A stretch of 64,000 nucleotides of DNA. It comes from Treponema sp. GTDB lineage: Bacteria; Spirochaetota; Spirochaetia; Treponematales; Treponemataceae. The stretch lies in the NCBI GenBank assembly GCA_017935745.1, contig JAGBGX010000016.1, positions 831-64,830 of the forward strand. Direction: 5' to 3'. The notes beneath the pieces were generated by a model that was not told the DNA's origin, did not search any database, and saw only the letters and a program-made list of their open reading frames with translations. Within the stretch, counting starts at the first letter, position 1. Each line of letters starts with the position of its first letter. This document shows, in pieces, positions 18,191-29,758 of the stretch. A program made the translations under genes and the position numbers.

Positions 18191-19948
18191 CTAAATGCCG
18201 TTGTAATGGGACGCGATTTTTTCCACAGCATATTCCTTGAATTCCTGCACAGAAAATGTCCGCTGCGGAATTTTAGATGAAAACCGGAAGCGGCAGGCAA
18301 CCGTGTTCTCTTCCTGCTCCTTTGCGCCTACAACAAGAATATACGGCGTCCGATGCTCTGTCGAAACAGTCTTTATCTTGGTTTTCATATTGCTGTCATC
18401 AGTATATGCGCGGCAACGCAGTCCGGCAGCCGCAAGTTCCTGCGCAACACGCTCAGCATAGCTGTTGAATTCAGGCGAAACAGGAACAACCGCAGCCTGT
18501 TCAAACGAAATCCAGGCAGGAAACGCGCCTGCGTAGTTTTCAATCAGGATTCCAAGAAACCGCTCAAGCGATCCGAGCACCGCGCGGTGCAGCATGACGG
18601 GATGATGCTTCTGGTTATCCGCTCCGATGTACTGCGCATTAAGCCGTTCCGCGCTCGGAAGCTGATAGTCAAGCTGAATTGTTCCGCACTGCCACTGGCG
18701 GCCAAGCGCATCGGTCAGCGTGAATTCAAGCTTGGGGCCGTAGAACGCGCCTTCCCCAGGCTGAATTTCATATTTCATTCCGGCTGATGTGCAGGCGGCG
18801 GCAAGCGCTTTTTCGGCGTGCTGCCATGTTTCAATTTCACCAACATGATCCTCAGGCATTGTGCTGAGCTTTATCAGAAGATTCTTGTCAAAGCCGAAGT
18901 CCTTGTAGACATCAAGCAGCAGGCGGCAGAACTTTGCAACTTCCGCTTCAATCTGCTCTTCCGTGCAGATAATATGAGCATCGTCCTGAACAAATCCGCG
19001 CACACGCATAATTCCGTGGAGCGTTCCGCTCGGCTCGTTGCGCACACAGTGCCCGAATTCTGCAAGGCGCAGCGGCAGTTCCCGGTAGGAACGGATCTTT
19101 GAATTGAAGATTTCAAGCGCGCCGGGACAGTTCATGGGCTTGACTGCAAAAATGCGCTTTTCGCTTTCAGTGATAAACATATTTTTCTGGTAATGCCCCC
19201 AGTGTCCTGAGCGTTCCCACAGAGAGCGGGGCATGATGGCCGGCGTGTTCACTTCCTGATATCCGTCCTTCTGGATTTTTTCGCGCATGTAGTCTTGCAG
19301 CGCAACATACATTGTCCAGCCGTTCGGATGCCAGAAAATCTGCCCGGGATCCTCCGGGTCAAGATGAAACAGGTCAAGCTGGACGCCAAGCTTTCTGTGG
19401 TCGCGCTTTTCAGCTTCTTCAAGCATGGCAAGGTATTCCTTCAAATCGTCAGGCTTGTAAAAGCAGGCCGCGTATATGCGTGTCAGCATCGGACGTGCCA
19501 CATCTCCTTTCCAGTATGCGCCGGCAACACTCATCAGCTTGAACGACTGCGCATTGATTTCCTTTGTGTTTGCAACATGCGGGCCGCGGCACAAGTCAAT
19601 ATATCCGTCCTGCTGGTATGCTGTAATCACCTCGCCTTCAGGAAGCTCTTTTATCAGCTCGGCTTTGTACGGCTGATCCTTGAAAAGCTCAAGCGCTTCC
19701 TCCCGGGAAATTTCCCTGCGGACAAAATCATGGCTTCCGGAAAGAATCCTGCGCATTTCCTTTTCAATTGCAGAAAAATCATCTGCGGAAACAGTTTTGT
19801 CAGACGGAAACTCAAAGTCATAGTAAAAGCCGTTTTCAATCGCCGGCCCGATTGCTGTTTTTGTTCCGGGGAAAAGACGGAGCACTGCCTCAGCCATAAC
19901 ATGGGCACAGCTGTGGCGCACTGTCTGAAGTTTTTCATCAACTGCCAT
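18191..19948 (-). CDS. thrS: Threonyl-tRNA synthetase
   Basis: [70 protein letters not shown]. Confidence 0.99.
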   Translation of the reverse strand: MAVDEKLQTVRHSCAHVMAEAVLRLFPGTKTAIGPAIENGFYYDFEFPSDKTVSADDFSAIEKEMRRILSGSHDFVRREISREEALELFKDQPYKAELIKELPEGEVITAYQQDGYIDLCRGPHVANTKEINAQSFKLMSVAGAYWKGDVARPMLTRIYAACFYKPDDLKEYLAMLEEAEKRDHRKLGVQLDLFHLDPEDPGQIFWHPNGWTMYVALQDYMREKIQKDGYQEVNTPAIMPRSLWERSGHWGHYQKNMFITESEKRIFAVKPMNCPGALEIFNSKIRSYRELPLRLAEFGHCVRNEPSGTLHGIMRVRGFVQDDAHIICTEEQIEAEVAKFCRLLLDVYKDFGFDKNLLIKLSTMPEDHVGEIETWQHAEKALAAACTSAGMKYEIQPGEGAFYGPKLEFTLTDALGRQWQCGTIQLDYQLPSAERLNAQYIGADNQKHHPVMLHRAVLGSLERFLGILIENYAGAFPAWISFEQAAVVPVSPEFNSYAERVAQELAAAGLRCRAYTDDSNMKTKIKTVSTEHRTPYILVVGAKEQEENTVACRFRFSSKIPQRTFSVQEFKEYAVEKIASHYNGI

Positions 19949-20025
19949 AAGTCATTCCTTGCAAAAATAATAATAGTAGGATAGTCTTTTTTTCATTATG
20001 TTTCAACATAGCGCACGGCAGGAAT

Positions 20026-21306
20026 TCATGAACCGACTCTTTCTATGTGCGCTCCAATCGACTGAAGCCGGGAAACAAGATGCTCGTATCCGCGCTCAAT
20101 CTGGTACACATTGCTGATTCTGCTTTTTCCCCGGGCGCAGAGCGCGGCAATCACCATTGCCATGCCGGCCCGCACATCAGGAGAAACAAGATGCTCGCCG
20201 TGCAAAGAGCTTGGGCCTGCCACAACGGCACGGTGGGGATCACAGAGCGTAATCCGCGCGCCCATGCTTATCAGCTTGTCCACAAAGAACATCCGGCTTT
20301 CAAACATCTTTTCAAAAATCAGGACTGTGCCTTCCACCTGCGTTGCAACAACGGTCATAATCGAAGTCAGATCCGGCGGAAATCCCGGCCACGGGCTGTC
20401 ATCGATTTTCGGAATCATGCCGCCAAGATCCATGTTCACTTTCAGCTCCTGATCAGATGAAACGGAAAGGACATCGCCTTCAACTTCCCAGCGTATTCCA
20501 AGCTTTCCGAACGAAACTTTCAGCGGACGCAAGTCATTTGCCCTGACGCCGGTTATTTTCAGCGAGCTGCGGGTGGCGGCCGCAAGCCCGATGAACGAGC
20601 CGATTTCCATGAAGTCCGGGCCGATTGAAAAGTCGCAGCCGTGCAGCTTTTCCACGCCGTCAATCTGAAGAATATTGGAGCCGATGCCGCGAATGTCCGC
20701 GCCCATTGCATTGAGCATGCTGCACAAGTCCTGAACGTGAGGCTCGCTCGCTGCGTTTGTAATCTCTGTGTGCCCTTCAGCGAGAACTGCCGCCATCACG
20801 GCGTTTTCTGTTGCGGTGACTGATGTTTCGTCCAAAAAAATATCAGCTCCCGCAAGCTTGTTCGCGCTGAATTCAAATTTTCCGTCAACTGAAACCCGCG
20901 CGCCAAGCTCCTGAAGCGCAAGAAAATGCGTGTCAAGCCTTCTTCTTCCTATGACATCACCGCCGGGAGGAGACATGACAGCCTTTCCGGCACGGGCAAG
21001 AAGCGGCCCTGCAAACAGAATGGAAGCCCGGATTTTTTTGCTCAGCTCCGCGGGAATGTCAGTGCGCACAATGTCACAGGCCGCAATTTCCCAGACATTT
21101 TCCGAGATTTTTTTTACCGCTGCGCCAAACGACTCCAAAATCGAAAGCATCACGCGGGTGTCTTCAATTTCAGGAACATTCCGAAGCGTAACTGTCCCGG
21201 AAGTGAGCAGCGCAGCCGCAATGCACGGAAGCGCGGCATTTTTATTTCCGCTCGCCTTGACGGTTCCGTTGAGAGGAAATCCGCCTTCTATTCTATACTC
21301 ATACAT
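20026..21306 (-). CDS. murA: UDP-N-acetylglucosamine 1-carboxyvinyltransferase
   Basis: SGNKNAALP, IRASIL, PGGDVIGRRRLDTH, SVTATEN, AASEPHV, PWPGFPPDL, DVRAG, IERGYE. Confidence 0.97.
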   Translation of the reverse strand: MYEYRIEGGFPLNGTVKASGNKNAALPCIAAALLTSGTVTLRNVPEIEDTRVMLSILESFGAAVKKISENVWEIAACDIVRTDIPAELSKKIRASILFAGPLLARAGKAVMSPPGGDVIGRRRLDTHFLALQELGARVSVDGKFEFSANKLAGADIFLDETSVTATENAVMAAVLAEGHTEITNAASEPHVQDLCSMLNAMGADIRGIGSNILQIDGVEKLHGCDFSIGPDFMEIGSFIGLAAATRSSLKITGVRANDLRPLKVSFGKLGIRWEVEGDVLSVSSDQELKVNMDLGGMIPKIDDSPWPGFPPDLTSIMTVVATQVEGTVLIFEKMFESRMFFVDKLISMGARITLCDPHRAVVAGPSSLHGEHLVSPDVRAGMAMVIAALCARGKSRISNVYQIERGYEHLVSRLQSIGAHIERVGS

Positions 21307-21373
21307 ACAGGCATTATAAAGGGAATCAAAAAAAATTGCAATTTTGAAGCGGAAGAGAACATGCAGCTTTCTG

Positions 21374-22627
21374 TCATTCTGACGGCTCCTGCGAGCACAG
21401 CCTGACAAGCACTTCCAAAGCCTTTTCCATCTGGTTCAGGCTGACCCATTCTGTCCGGGAGTGAAAATTGTGTCCGCCGGTAAAAATGTTCGGGCAGGGA
21501 ATTCCCATTTCCGTGAGCCGCGAACCGTCCGTGCCGCCGCGGATCGGCGTAAAGACAGGCTCAATGCCGGATGCCCGGTAAGCTTTCACAAGACGTTCCA
21601 CTGTTTCCGGGTGCTGATCCATTTTTTGCTTCATGTTCAGATACTGCTGCGTATGCACAACAGACACTGTTCCGCCCGCCGATTCAGCAGCAGAGCGCGC
21701 AAGCAAATCAACGGCTGACTTCCGCCGGCTGATTCCGTCAAAGTCAAAATCCCTCAGCAGCAGCGAAACCTTGGCTTCTTCAATGGAGCCTTCAATTGAA
21801 ACTGGAGCATAGAATCCCTGCCTGCCGTCTGTTGTTTCAGGACGCTCGGCAAACGGCAGACCCGAAACAAACTGGGAAGCCATGCTGATTGCATTCACCA
21901 TGACTCCCCTGGCAGTTCCTGTGTGGCATGCTGTTCCTGCAAATGTTACATCGCTTCTGAAGGCATTGAAGCATTCTGTTTCCAGCTCGCCTATGTGGCC
22001 GCCGTCAACTGTGTACGCGCATTCTGACTGCAAGAGTGCACGGGGCACTTTGTCCATTCCATGGCCAGTTTCTTCGTCAGGAGAAAAAATCACTTCTATC
22101 TGGCAGTGCTTTGCTTCAGGATGCTCTTTAAAATAGGCAAGGCATGTCATGATTTCCGCAATGCCGGCCTTGTCGTCCGCGCCAAGCAGCGTTGTGCCGT
22201 CGCTTGTAATGACTGTCTCCCGGTTTTGTGCAGCGGCTGCAAGAAACTTGTCCTTTTCAGGATCCAGAGCAGCTCCGCCGGCAAGCCTGATAATTCCGCC
22301 CGAATAGCACTCGTGAATCACCGGCTTTACATTTTTCCCGGAAACTTCTTCAGATGTGTCAATATGAGCGAGGAGGCAGAGCGATTTTTTGCTCTGGCAG
22401 TTTGAAGGCAGCAGCCCGTATGTGTAGCAGAATTCTGTCGTCTGCGCATTTTCAAGCCCCAGCGACTTCAGCTCACGCAGCAGGATGGCAGCCATGTCGC
22501 GCTGCTGCGGAGTGCTCGGCATAACAAGCGAGTCAGCGCACGAGACAGAGCTTTCGCTGTATGTCTGCACATACTGCAAGAACCGGCTTAAAAGCTCATT
22601 CTTCAGTTCAGAGATTGTTTCAGTCAT
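21374..22627 (-). CDS. pepT: Peptidase T (tripeptide aminopeptidase)
   Basis: AHIDTS, TSDGTTLLGADDKAG, PDEETG, YTVDGG, IRGGTDG, NIFTGGHNFHS. Confidence 0.95.
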   Translation of the reverse strand: MTETISELKNELLSRFLQYVQTYSESSVSCADSLVMPSTPQQRDMAAILLRELKSLGLENAQTTEFCYTYGLLPSNCQSKKSLCLLAHIDTSEEVSGKNVKPVIHECYSGGIIRLAGGAALDPEKDKFLAAAAQNRETVITSDGTTLLGADDKAGIAEIMTCLAYFKEHPEAKHCQIEVIFSPDEETGHGMDKVPRALLQSECAYTVDGGHIGELETECFNAFRSDVTFAGTACHTGTARGVMVNAISMASQFVSGLPFAERPETTDGRQGFYAPVSIEGSIEEAKVSLLLRDFDFDGISRRKSAVDLLARSAAESAGGTVSVVHTQQYLNMKQKMDQHPETVERLVKAYRASGIEPVFTPIRGGTDGSRLTEMGIPCPNIFTGGHNFHSRTEWVSLNQMEKALEVLVRLCSQEPSE

Positions 22628-23448
22628 GACTTATAATAAATCCTGCCGGCAACTTTTTCAAGGGCATCAAGAATTTCAGGATCATATTTTTCAGCAAGCG
22701 AGCGCATTTCCTGCAAGGCATTTTTTTTGCTCAGGACTTTATGATAGCTTCTCCGGCTGACAAGCGAAATGTAGCTTTCCGCCGCATGAATCAGCCGCGC
22801 CACATACGGAATTTCATTTCCCCGCAGACCTTCAGGATAGCCTGAGCCGTCCTGATTTTCATGATGGCACAAAAACGCTTCCATAAAAACCGAAAGATAT
22901 TCCTCAGGAATCAAATCAATATAATACAGGTTCCGGGAAACATGGCTTTTCATGCTCTCCTTTTCTTTCCTGGACAGCACTTCCGAATGGAACAGCGACG
23001 GCCGCACATCAAGAAAGCCTGCATCGCGCACCATTGCCGCACACGAAAACAAAATGCAGTCCAAAGGCGCCGCGTCTGTAAACCGAAGGATTTCGTAGAC
23101 AAGCTGGCTGACATTCTTGGAATTGTTCCGGCGGTTTGTATGCGTGTCGATTACAGAGCCAAGAAGCACGCAGCCTTCCACAAGTTCCCGCAGGCGCTTT
23201 TTTTCTTCAGGCGGAACGGAAAGCGATTCCAAGTCCTTTATCAGCGGAAGATTCCTTAAATATGTTTTTGCAGCGATTTTTTCTCTGATGTATACAGCGG
23301 CAAAAAACAAGGCGGCGCACAAAATCACAAGCACGCCTGCAAACAGAACTGAAAGCAGCACAGAAACAAGCGCCGCAGCAGAAACTCCCGGAACCAGATC
23401 CTGCACAAAAGGAACAATTTCTGCCTGAATTCCGCTGCTCTCATTCAT
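22624..23448 (-). CDS. Membrane-anchored HD-GYP-like protein, degenerate HD site
   Basis: HHENQDGSGYPEGLRGNEIPYVARLI, but RD replaces HD (AAMVRDAG). Confidence 0.8.
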   Translation of the reverse strand: MNESSGIQAEIVPFVQDLVPGVSAAALVSVLLSVLFAGVLVILCAALFFAAVYIREKIAAKTYLRNLPLIKDLESLSVPPEEKKRLRELVEGCVLLGSVIDTHTNRRNNSKNVSQLVYEILRFTDAAPLDCILFSCAAMVRDAGFLDVRPSLFHSEVLSRKEKESMKSHVSRNLYYIDLIPEEYLSVFMEAFLCHHENQDGSGYPEGLRGNEIPYVARLIHAAESYISLVSRRSYHKVLSKKNALQEMRSLAEKYDPEILDALEKVAGRIYYKS

Positions 23449-23557
23449 CGCGCTATTTTACCATGCATGGCAGGAATATGCAATTCTGTGCCAGGCAAAA
23501 AACGCCGCGTCCTCCAAAAGAAACACACCGCGCCCGGCACAGGAAAAATGAGCGGAT

Positions 23558-23599
23558 CCCGGCGCAAAACCGGGCATGAACCATTCCGCACGAACCGGG
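23558..23599 (+). repeat. REP-like element, copy 3 (diverged)
   Basis: CCCGG-CGCAAAA-CCGGG hairpin followed by CATGAACCATTCCGCACGAACCGGG. Confidence 0.6.
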
Positions 23600-24683
23600 C
23601 TAGAATGAATAGGTATATGTCAGCGGAAAGGAAATGAATGTGTCTCCGTCAACCGTTTCATAATTTACGCCTGCCTCAAAAGAATGGTTTCCGTACGCAT
23701 AGCCGATATTCGGATTCACGCCGATAACAGGCTTTTCTCCATCGGAAGAATTGTCAACAAGAAGGATTCCCGTGACATTTGCCGTGAACGACTCTGTAAA
23801 ATCATAGGCAGCCGTGCAAGCCACATACAAGTCATAGTCTGAATCCTTGTCATCCAAGTTCGCAAGAATTTCCGCAGCCACGCCAAATGCGCCAGCTGAA
23901 TACTCGGCCGCAGCACTCAAAAGATTTTCTCCGAACACACCGAATTCCTCTGAAATGCTCAGGTCATCAAATCCGGCAGCCTTTTCCTTGCTGTACGAGT
24001 ACCCCCCCCCGGATAACAAGCTCCTGCTCTGCAAGCGGCGCAACCTGCGCAAAAATGCCGAACGCCCTCTGGTCGCTGTCAGCAGCATCCTGAACAGAAG
24101 CCCCCGCAGAAAACAGCTCGCCCCATGCATAGCTGATTCCAAAGCCAACGTTGAACTTCATGTCAGAATCATCTTCATTTTTTCCGCTGAAGAAATTGAC
24201 ATCGTCTTCCCCGCCAAACGGAGCTGTTGCAGAAACGCTCAGTCCGTCTATCGGCCGGAAAATAACTGTAAATCCGTCCGAGCCGAAATTTCCCGTGCTC
24301 AGATTGTCATCATAAATCGGAAGATACGAACCGTCTGAATAAATGTCCTCATGAAATCCAAGCGACAGCTTTTCAACCGGGCGGAATTCAACAAACCAGT
24401 CAATGTCATCCCACGCCACGCCGAAATTCCTGCCGTTCCAGTCATCCAGTATAAACGTGACATCAATTCCGGCGTCAAGCCGTTCCGATGTAAACAGAAC
24501 GACCGCATTTTCTTCAATTCCGGCAAAATCTGTTTCCGTGCCGTCCGCACCGTAGGAACCGCCTTTTTTTATTGACGCGACATCAGACGAAAGCTCGCTT
24601 GTGAATTCAACCGTCTGGGCAGACAGACTGAAGCCGGCAAAAAGCAGCGGAACAAGAACCGCGGCAGCCTTATTGATTTTCAT
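23600..24683 (-). pseudogene. Outer-membrane beta-barrel protein frameshifted at a G9 tract (possible phase-OFF allele)
   Basis: Signal-peptide ORF 24683-23967 and barrel C-terminus ending TYTYSF join as ...VIRGGYSYSK... if G9 (C24002-24010) is G8; product 360 aa. Confidence 0.85.
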
Positions 24684-24719
24684 ATATACTCCTTAGAGGT
24701 TATTTAGTGCTAATTAAAA

Positions 24720-24762
24720 TTAGTTATAACTAACTATAAAGCATCCCGCCTTTCTTTGTCAA
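24720..24762 (-). promoter_or_regulatory. OMP gene promoter with palindromic operator
   Basis: TTGACA (24762-24757), N18, TATAGT (24738-24733); perfect palindrome TTAGTTATAACTAA at 24720-24733. Confidence 0.6.
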
Positions 24763-24840
24763 CATGTTTTTGCTTTTTTTAGCCGAAAACTGAATTCGCT
24801 TCCCCTAAAGAGCAGCTCTCTTTTTCAGCCCTTGCACTCA

Positions 24841-25587
24841 TCATTGTTTCCATCCATCGTACTTTTCACACTCAAGGATTTCCTTTGCCCGGGCGACACG
24901 CTCCGCAGACGGGCTTTCTGTGTCCTTTAAAACATAATCGATTCCCAGATCCTTGTACTTCATTGCGCCAAGCCCATGGTACGGAAGAATTTCCACGCGC
25001 TGCACATTGCTGAGCGTCCGGATAAAGTCGCGGGTGAGCATCAGATATTCATCATTGTCTGTAATGCCCGGCACAAGAACGTGGCGGATCCAGATCGGCT
25101 TTTTGATTCCATCAAGATAGCGGAACATTTCCCGGATGTTTTTGCCGGTATGCCCGGTAAGCTGCACATGCTCATCTTCATCAATATGCTTTATGTCCAT
25201 GAGCAGCAGATCTGTCACACTCATCAGCCGCCGGAACTGCTCAAACCACGCGCCTTCCTTCGTAAACGGGCCGCCCGCAGTGTCGATGCATGTATTGATT
25301 TTCTGTTCCTTTGCCTTTGTGAAAAGCTCAAGCAGAAAATCAATCTGCATGAGCGGCTCTCCGCCGGAAACAGTAATGCCGCCTTTTTCACCCCAGTACT
25401 CCCGGCATGTCAAGGCTTCCGCCAGAAGCTCATCTGCTGTATACGGCTTTCCTTTCGTTATGTCCCAAGTGTCCGGGTTATGGCAGTACTTGCAGCGCAG
25501 CGGACATCCTGCAAAAAAAATAATAAACCTGACTCCCGGCCCGTCCACAGAGCCAAACGACTCCAGCTGATGAATATATCCTGTCAT
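24841..25587 (-). CDS. pflA: Pyruvate formate-lyase activating enzyme (radical SAM)
   Basis: ESFGSVDGPGVRFIIFFAGCPLRCKYCHNPDTW, SGGEPL, WIRHVLVPG, LPYH. Confidence 0.97.
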   Translation of the reverse strand: MTGYIHQLESFGSVDGPGVRFIIFFAGCPLRCKYCHNPDTWDITKGKPYTADELLAEALTCREYWGEKGGITVSGGEPLMQIDFLLELFTKAKEQKINTCIDTAGGPFTKEGAWFEQFRRLMSVTDLLLMDIKHIDEDEHVQLTGHTGKNIREMFRYLDGIKKPIWIRHVLVPGITDNDEYLMLTRDFIRTLSNVQRVEILPYHGLGAMKYKDLGIDYVLKDTESPSAERVARAKEILECEKYDGWKQ

Positions 25588-25719
25588 ATCGTTTTCCTGA
25601 TAAAATGGTGTACCGTACAGTATAGCACAGATTCAAAAAGGTGTCAGCCTCCCGCCGCAGACATGCACAAATCAAACAGGCAGATTGCCGCCAGGAGAAC
25701 AGCAGGGCGGTTCAGTTTT

Positions 25720-27165
25720 TTATGCACCCGCTCTTCCCTCCGCCCTGTTCACCATGGAGCGCAGATTTACAACGCCGTCAATCACCGACTCTGAAATCTT
25801 GACGAGCTTCTTGTAGCTGTCCTCAAGCTCAATCTTCGACATCGAGTCCTTGCGCTCAAAGACGGTTTTGACAAGCGCGTGCAGCTCGGCATGGTCTTTC
25901 ATAATGCCGGCGAACACCGGAGACGAGGTGACTCCGTACTTTTCCGCCTCGTTGTCAAGCCATTTTCCGAGCGCGCAGGCATGGTGGTCGGAAAGCGACA
26001 CCATCCCGGGACTCATCTTTCCGTCAATGAGCGCGCGGACTTTTGTAATCCAGCTTAGGTGGCGCAGCACGACCAGCGTGAACGGGAACAGCTGCGCGCT
26101 TTCCGCCTCCGGCCGCGTCTTTCCGGCAATCTCGCTCACCATCGTGTCAATGTCGAGCGTCAGAGAAATCATCTTGTCCACATCGGAAAGCTCGGAGGTC
26201 ATCAGGGAGTTGATTTCATCCGAGTTGCTCTTGATGACTTCAAAGCTCTGGTTGTTCTCTTCATTTGACGAGACGATTTTGTTCACATTCTCCGCAACGC
26301 CGTCGCAGTTCCGCTTGAGATTCTCCGTCGTCTCCGCCACAAGCCGGGACGCATTCAGAATCTCCTCGCTTCCCGCCGAAAGGTTTTCCATCTCCGACGT
26401 TATTTCAGTGAACGCCTTCGCTGTCTCGCCGACTGTTCCGCTCAGCCACTTCATCGTTGTGCCGGTCGCATCGACTATGCTGTGCGCGTCCGACAGCGTG
26501 TCAATCATGTTCTTCAGCGTCTTTCCGATGTTTCCCGCGTTCTCTTTTGTAACTTCAGAAAGGCTCCTGATTTCCTCGGCGACGACGGAAAATCCCTTTC
26601 CCGCCTCTCCGGCATGGGCAGCCTCAATCGCGGCGTTCATCGCAAGCATGTTCGTCTTCTCGCTGATGCCGTTTATGACGGTGATGATGTTCTTCATCAC
26701 GTCGATGTTCTCGCTCATCACTCCGATAACCGAAAGGACGCGGTCCGTCTTCTCGGAGGCATCGTCAACAGCGGAGGAAAGCTCGCCTGCAAGCGTAATT
26801 TTGTCCGAGACAATGCCCGCGACTGTCCGGATTGACTCCGATATATGCTCAACGGAAGTTTTTATCGTTCCGCCGAGGCTCTCCACGCTTTCGTTCACGT
26901 CCTTCATCTGCGAGTTTATGCCGACAATCGCATCGACGGCTTCCTTTGTGTTCCGGGCAAACGTCATGAACCTGTCCTGCTGGACAAGAATGTCGGAAAT
27001 TGTCCGCGACGAATTTTCTATCGACTCCCGGAACGCAAGCGAAAGTGTCTCTGTTGCATCGGTAATCTTTCTCGCATCATCATAGACCGTCTTTCTGTCA
27101 ATCTTCTCTGATTCGGCTGCGCGGTCATCGCTCACAGCGGCATTTTTATTCTTTCTATTAAACAT
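25720..27165 (-). CDS. Soluble methyl-accepting chemotaxis protein with C-terminal CZB zinc-binding domain
   Basis: [30 protein letters not shown]; CZB ligands in RHLSW...[12 protein letters not shown]...HAELH; no TM segment. Confidence 0.92.
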   Translation of the reverse strand: MFNRKNKNAAVSDDRAAESEKIDRKTVYDDARKITDATETLSLAFRESIENSSRTISDILVQQDRFMTFARNTKEAVDAIVGINSQMKDVNESVESLGGTIKTSVEHISESIRTVAGIVSDKITLAGELSSAVDDASEKTDRVLSVIGVMSENIDVMKNIITVINGISEKTNMLAMNAAIEAAHAGEAGKGFSVVAEEIRSLSEVTKENAGNIGKTLKNMIDTLSDAHSIVDATGTTMKWLSGTVGETAKAFTEITSEMENLSAGSEEILNASRLVAETTENLKRNCDGVAENVNKIVSSNEENNQSFEVIKSNSDEINSLMTSELSDVDKMISLTLDIDTMVSEIAGKTRPEAESAQLFPFTLVVLRHLSWITKVRALIDGKMSPGMVSLSDHHACALGKWLDNEAEKYGVTSSPVFAGIMKDHAELHALVKTVFERKDSMSKIELEDSYKKLVKISESVIDGVVNLRSMVNRAEGRAGA

Positions 27166-27261
27166 GTCTGAAATTATAACTGATTTTCAGCAATATTCAA
27201 CATAAATTTTACCGCCGCTCCTCCCTGTCGGAAGCGGACGCCGATTTCAGAAAAAGGACTG

Positions 27262-27297
27262 AAAAAAACGCCCTGCCTCCACATTGGAAACAGGGCG
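27262..27297 (-). terminator. Intrinsic terminator after pflB
   Basis: CGCCCTG...CAGGGCG stem followed by a U7 tract on the minus strand. Confidence 0.75.
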
Positions 27298-27323
27298 CAT
27301 GACGCACACTTTCGGCTTTCGGC

Positions 27324-29621
27324 CTACAGGCTTGCGTGGCAGGTGCGGGCGATAACGTCGTCCTGCTGTTCTTTTGTCAGGTTGATAAAGCGCACGGCAT
27401 AGCCGGAAACGCGCACGGTGAAGTTCGCGTACTCAGGCTTCTCAGGATGCGCCTGGCAGTCCTTGAGCTTCTCCACGCCGAACACGTTCACGTTCAGGTG
27501 ATGCGCGCCCTTGTCGAAGTAGCCGTCCATCACGCTTACAAGGTTTGTAATCCGCTCGTTCTCATCATGGCCGAGCGCATTCGGATTGATTGTCTGCGTG
27601 TTGGAGATTCCGTCAAGCGCATACTTGTACGGAACTTTTGCAACGGAGTTCAGCGACTTGACAAGACCCTTTGTCTCCGCGCCGTACGACGGATTTGCTC
27701 CCGGCGAGAACGGCTCATGAGCCTTGCGTCCGTCCGGCAGCGCGCCCGTCGCCTTTCCGTACACAACATTCGACGTGATTGTCAGAATTGATGTCGTCGG
27801 CTCGGCATTGCGGTATGTCGGGTTCTTTTCGATTTTTGCCATAAACGCCTTCAGAAGCCACGTTGCAATCTCGTCAGCGCGGTCATCGTCCTGCCCGTAG
27901 CGCGGGAAGTCGCCCTCAATCTCAAAGTCGCTTGCAAGCCCGTGGTCATCGCGGATAACCTTCACCTTTGCATACTTGATTGCGCACAGCGAGTCAACAA
28001 CATGGCTGAAGCCTGCGATTCCCGTTGCAAACGTGCGGCGCACATTCGTGTCGATGAGGGCAAGCTCCGCGGCCTCGTAGTAATACTTGTCGTGCATATA
28101 GTGAATCGCATTCAATGTGTTCACGTACAGCTTTGCAAGCCACTCAAGCATCACATCGTACTTGCGCATCACTTCGTCATAGTCAAGATACTCGGAAGTA
28201 ATCGGCGCAAGCTCAGGGCCTACCTGCACATACGGAGTAAGCCCCGCGCCCTCGTCCTTTCCGCCGTTGATGGCGTACAGAAGCGCCTTCGCAAGGTTCG
28301 CGCGCGCTCCGAAGAACTGCATTTCCTTTCCTGTCTGCGTTGCCGAGACACAGCAGCAGATTGAATAGTCATCTCCCCAGATCGGGCGCATAACATCATC
28401 GTTCTCGTACTGAATTGAAGATGTGTCGATGGAAATCTTGGCCGCATACCGGCGGAACTTTTCAGGCAGCCGCTTTGAATACAGAACAGTGATGTTCGGC
28501 TCCGGGGACGGCCCCATGTTCTCAAGCGTGTGCAGGAAGCGGAAGTCGTTCTTTGTAACCATGTCGCGTCCGTCCTGTCCGAGACCTGCAACCTCAAGCG
28601 TCGCCCAGATCGGGTCGCCGGAGAACAGCTGGTTGTAGCTTTCGATACGAGCAAAGCGCACCATGCGGAATTTCATGACGATATGGTCAACAAGCTCCTG
28701 CGCCTTCTCCTCCGTAAGAATTCCGTTCTTGATGTCGCGCTCGATGTAAATGTCGAGGAACGTTGAGATGCGTCCGACTGACATAGCCGCGCCGTTCTGC
28801 GTCTTGATTGCCGCAAGATAGCCGAAGTACAGCCACTGGAACGCTTCCTTTGCATTCTTTGCCGGATTTGAAATGTCGTAGCCGTAGATTGCAGCCATCG
28901 CCTTGATGCCCTTGAGCGCCTTAATCTGCTCGGCGATTTCCTCGCGGAGGCGGATAATGTCCTCAGTCATCGTGCCGTTGCCGCAGTTCAGCTTGTCCTG
29001 CTCCTTGCACTGGATAAGGTAGTCGATTCCGTACAGAGCAACACGGCGGTAGTCGCCTACAATGCGTCCGCGGCCGTATGTGTCCGGCAGTCCCGTCAGA
29101 ATGTGGGACTTGCGCGCCGCGCGGATTTCCGGCGTATAGACATCAAACACAGCGTCAGAGTGCGTCTTGTGATATTCGGTGAAAATGCGGTGCAGCTCCT
29201 TGTTCGACTCATAGCCGTACATCTGGGTTGACTGCTCTGCCATCTTGATTCCGCCGTACGGCATGAACGCGCGTTTGAGCGGCTTGTCAGTCTGAAGTCC
29301 GACGACCTGCTCCAGCTCCTTTCCTTCCGGGCAGATATAGCCGGCAGGATGAGAAGTAAGCCCGGTCACAACATCGGTGTCCAGATCGAGAACGCCGGAG
29401 CGCTCCTTTCCGTCAAGACCGATGCATTTCTTGTTATGCTCGGCTTTCTGAAGCTTCTGAAGCTCGTCAAAAAGCTTTTTTGTAGCGGCTGTCGGCCCCG
29501 CCAGAAATGACTCGTCTCCGCTATACTGAGTATAGTTGGCCTGAATAAAATCACGGACATTGACTTCGCTTGTCCATAAGCCTTTAGGGTTGAAGCCCTC
29601 CCATTCAGTTCTCATGTTCAT
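27324..29621 (-). CDS. pflB: Formate C-acetyltransferase (pyruvate formate-lyase)
   Basis: [21 protein letters not shown]-like [18 protein letters not shown], glycyl-radical motif TVRVSGYAV. Confidence 0.98.
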   Translation of the reverse strand: MNMRTEWEGFNPKGLWTSEVNVRDFIQANYTQYSGDESFLAGPTAATKKLFDELQKLQKAEHNKKCIGLDGKERSGVLDLDTDVVTGLTSHPAGYICPEGKELEQVVGLQTDKPLKRAFMPYGGIKMAEQSTQMYGYESNKELHRIFTEYHKTHSDAVFDVYTPEIRAARKSHILTGLPDTYGRGRIVGDYRRVALYGIDYLIQCKEQDKLNCGNGTMTEDIIRLREEIAEQIKALKGIKAMAAIYGYDISNPAKNAKEAFQWLYFGYLAAIKTQNGAAMSVGRISTFLDIYIERDIKNGILTEEKAQELVDHIVMKFRMVRFARIESYNQLFSGDPIWATLEVAGLGQDGRDMVTKNDFRFLHTLENMGPSPEPNITVLYSKRLPEKFRRYAAKISIDTSSIQYENDDVMRPIWGDDYSICCCVSATQTGKEMQFFGARANLAKALLYAINGGKDEGAGLTPYVQVGPELAPITSEYLDYDEVMRKYDVMLEWLAKLYVNTLNAIHYMHDKYYYEAAELALIDTNVRRTFATGIAGFSHVVDSLCAIKYAKVKVIRDDHGLASDFEIEGDFPRYGQDDDRADEIATWLLKAFMAKIEKNPTYRNAEPTTSILTITSNVVYGKATGALPDGRKAHEPFSPGANPSYGAETKGLVKSLNSVAKVPYKYALDGISNTQTINPNALGHDENERITNLVSVMDGYFDKGAHHLNVNVFGVEKLKDCQAHPEKPEYANFTVRVSGYAVRFINLTKEQQDDVIARTCHASL

Positions 29622-29743
29622 ATAAAACCTCTTTTGTCTGTTAATAGAATCATGTCAGCAAGAAACATTGGAACCAGTATAAACCATTGCCGTTTTTTAT
29701 GCAATTGTTATCTGTCTCCAGCCAGCAATATAACAGAAAATAT

Positions 29744-29758
29744 TTGTAATAGTTACAA
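29744..29758. promoter_or_regulatory. Candidate operator in the pflB/groEL divergent region
   Basis: TTGTAA-TAG-TTACAA inverted repeat in an AT-rich spacer; regulator unknown. Confidence 0.3.

Noticed and set aside
25850-27085. 411-aa plus-strand ORF
   Set aside because: Antisense shadow of the chemoreceptor; Ser-rich mirror translation with no RBS or domain.
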